Source: Escherichia phage IME08
DNA length: 64,000 nt
Direction: 5' to 3' (one strand)
Sequence record: NC_014260.1
The notes under the pieces are model-generated. The model was not told the origin of the DNA, made no database searches, and saw only the letters and a list, made by a program, of their open reading frames with translations. Shown in pieces: positions 63,985-64,000 of the stretch. Position 1 is the stretch's first letter, and every line of letters starts with the position of its first letter. The position numbers were made by a program, and so were the translations under genes.

Positions 63985-64000
63985 AATATTTTCCTCAGTA

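Overview
This window reads as the early/replication region of a T4-like (T-even) myovirus, running from rIIA through lysozyme e and nudE. Almost every gene is on the minus strand and tightly packed, often with overlapping stop/start codons. All calls rest on reading the six-frame translations against remembered T4 protein sequences and motifs; no database search was possible. Recognisable core genes in order are rIIA, topoisomerase 39, dexA, dda, srd, modA/modB, soc, 56, 61, sp, dmd, 41, 40, uvsX, 42, imm, 43, regA, 62, 44, 45, 46, 47, 55, 49, nrdC, rI, tk, regB, denV and e. Several proteins (DenV, RegA, endonuclease VII, NrdC, lysozyme) are nearly identical to T4 as recalled. Departures from the T4 layout: gene 39 is one continuous ORF (no split gene 60); the beta-gt and alpha-gt slots hold other genes; no nrdD/nrdG-sized ORF lies between gene 55 and gene 49; and about 3 kb is inserted between gene 42 and imm. 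The most interesting candidate is that uvsX-to-imm region: an unknown 297-aa protein in the beta-gt slot, a gp42-like hydroxymethylase, a P-loop kinase, a HAD phosphatase and a fused nucleotidyltransferase/kinase. I read this as a possible activated-donor (NDP-sugar-like) synthesis and DNA hypermodification module replacing hmC glucosylation; that is inference, not demonstrated. Other notable features are two homing-endonuclease genes (HNH, GIY-YIG), a family of about 16 sigma70-type early promoters sharing a conserved block, UUCG-tetraloop terminators, a macro-domain protein and many unlisted sub-60-aa ORFs.
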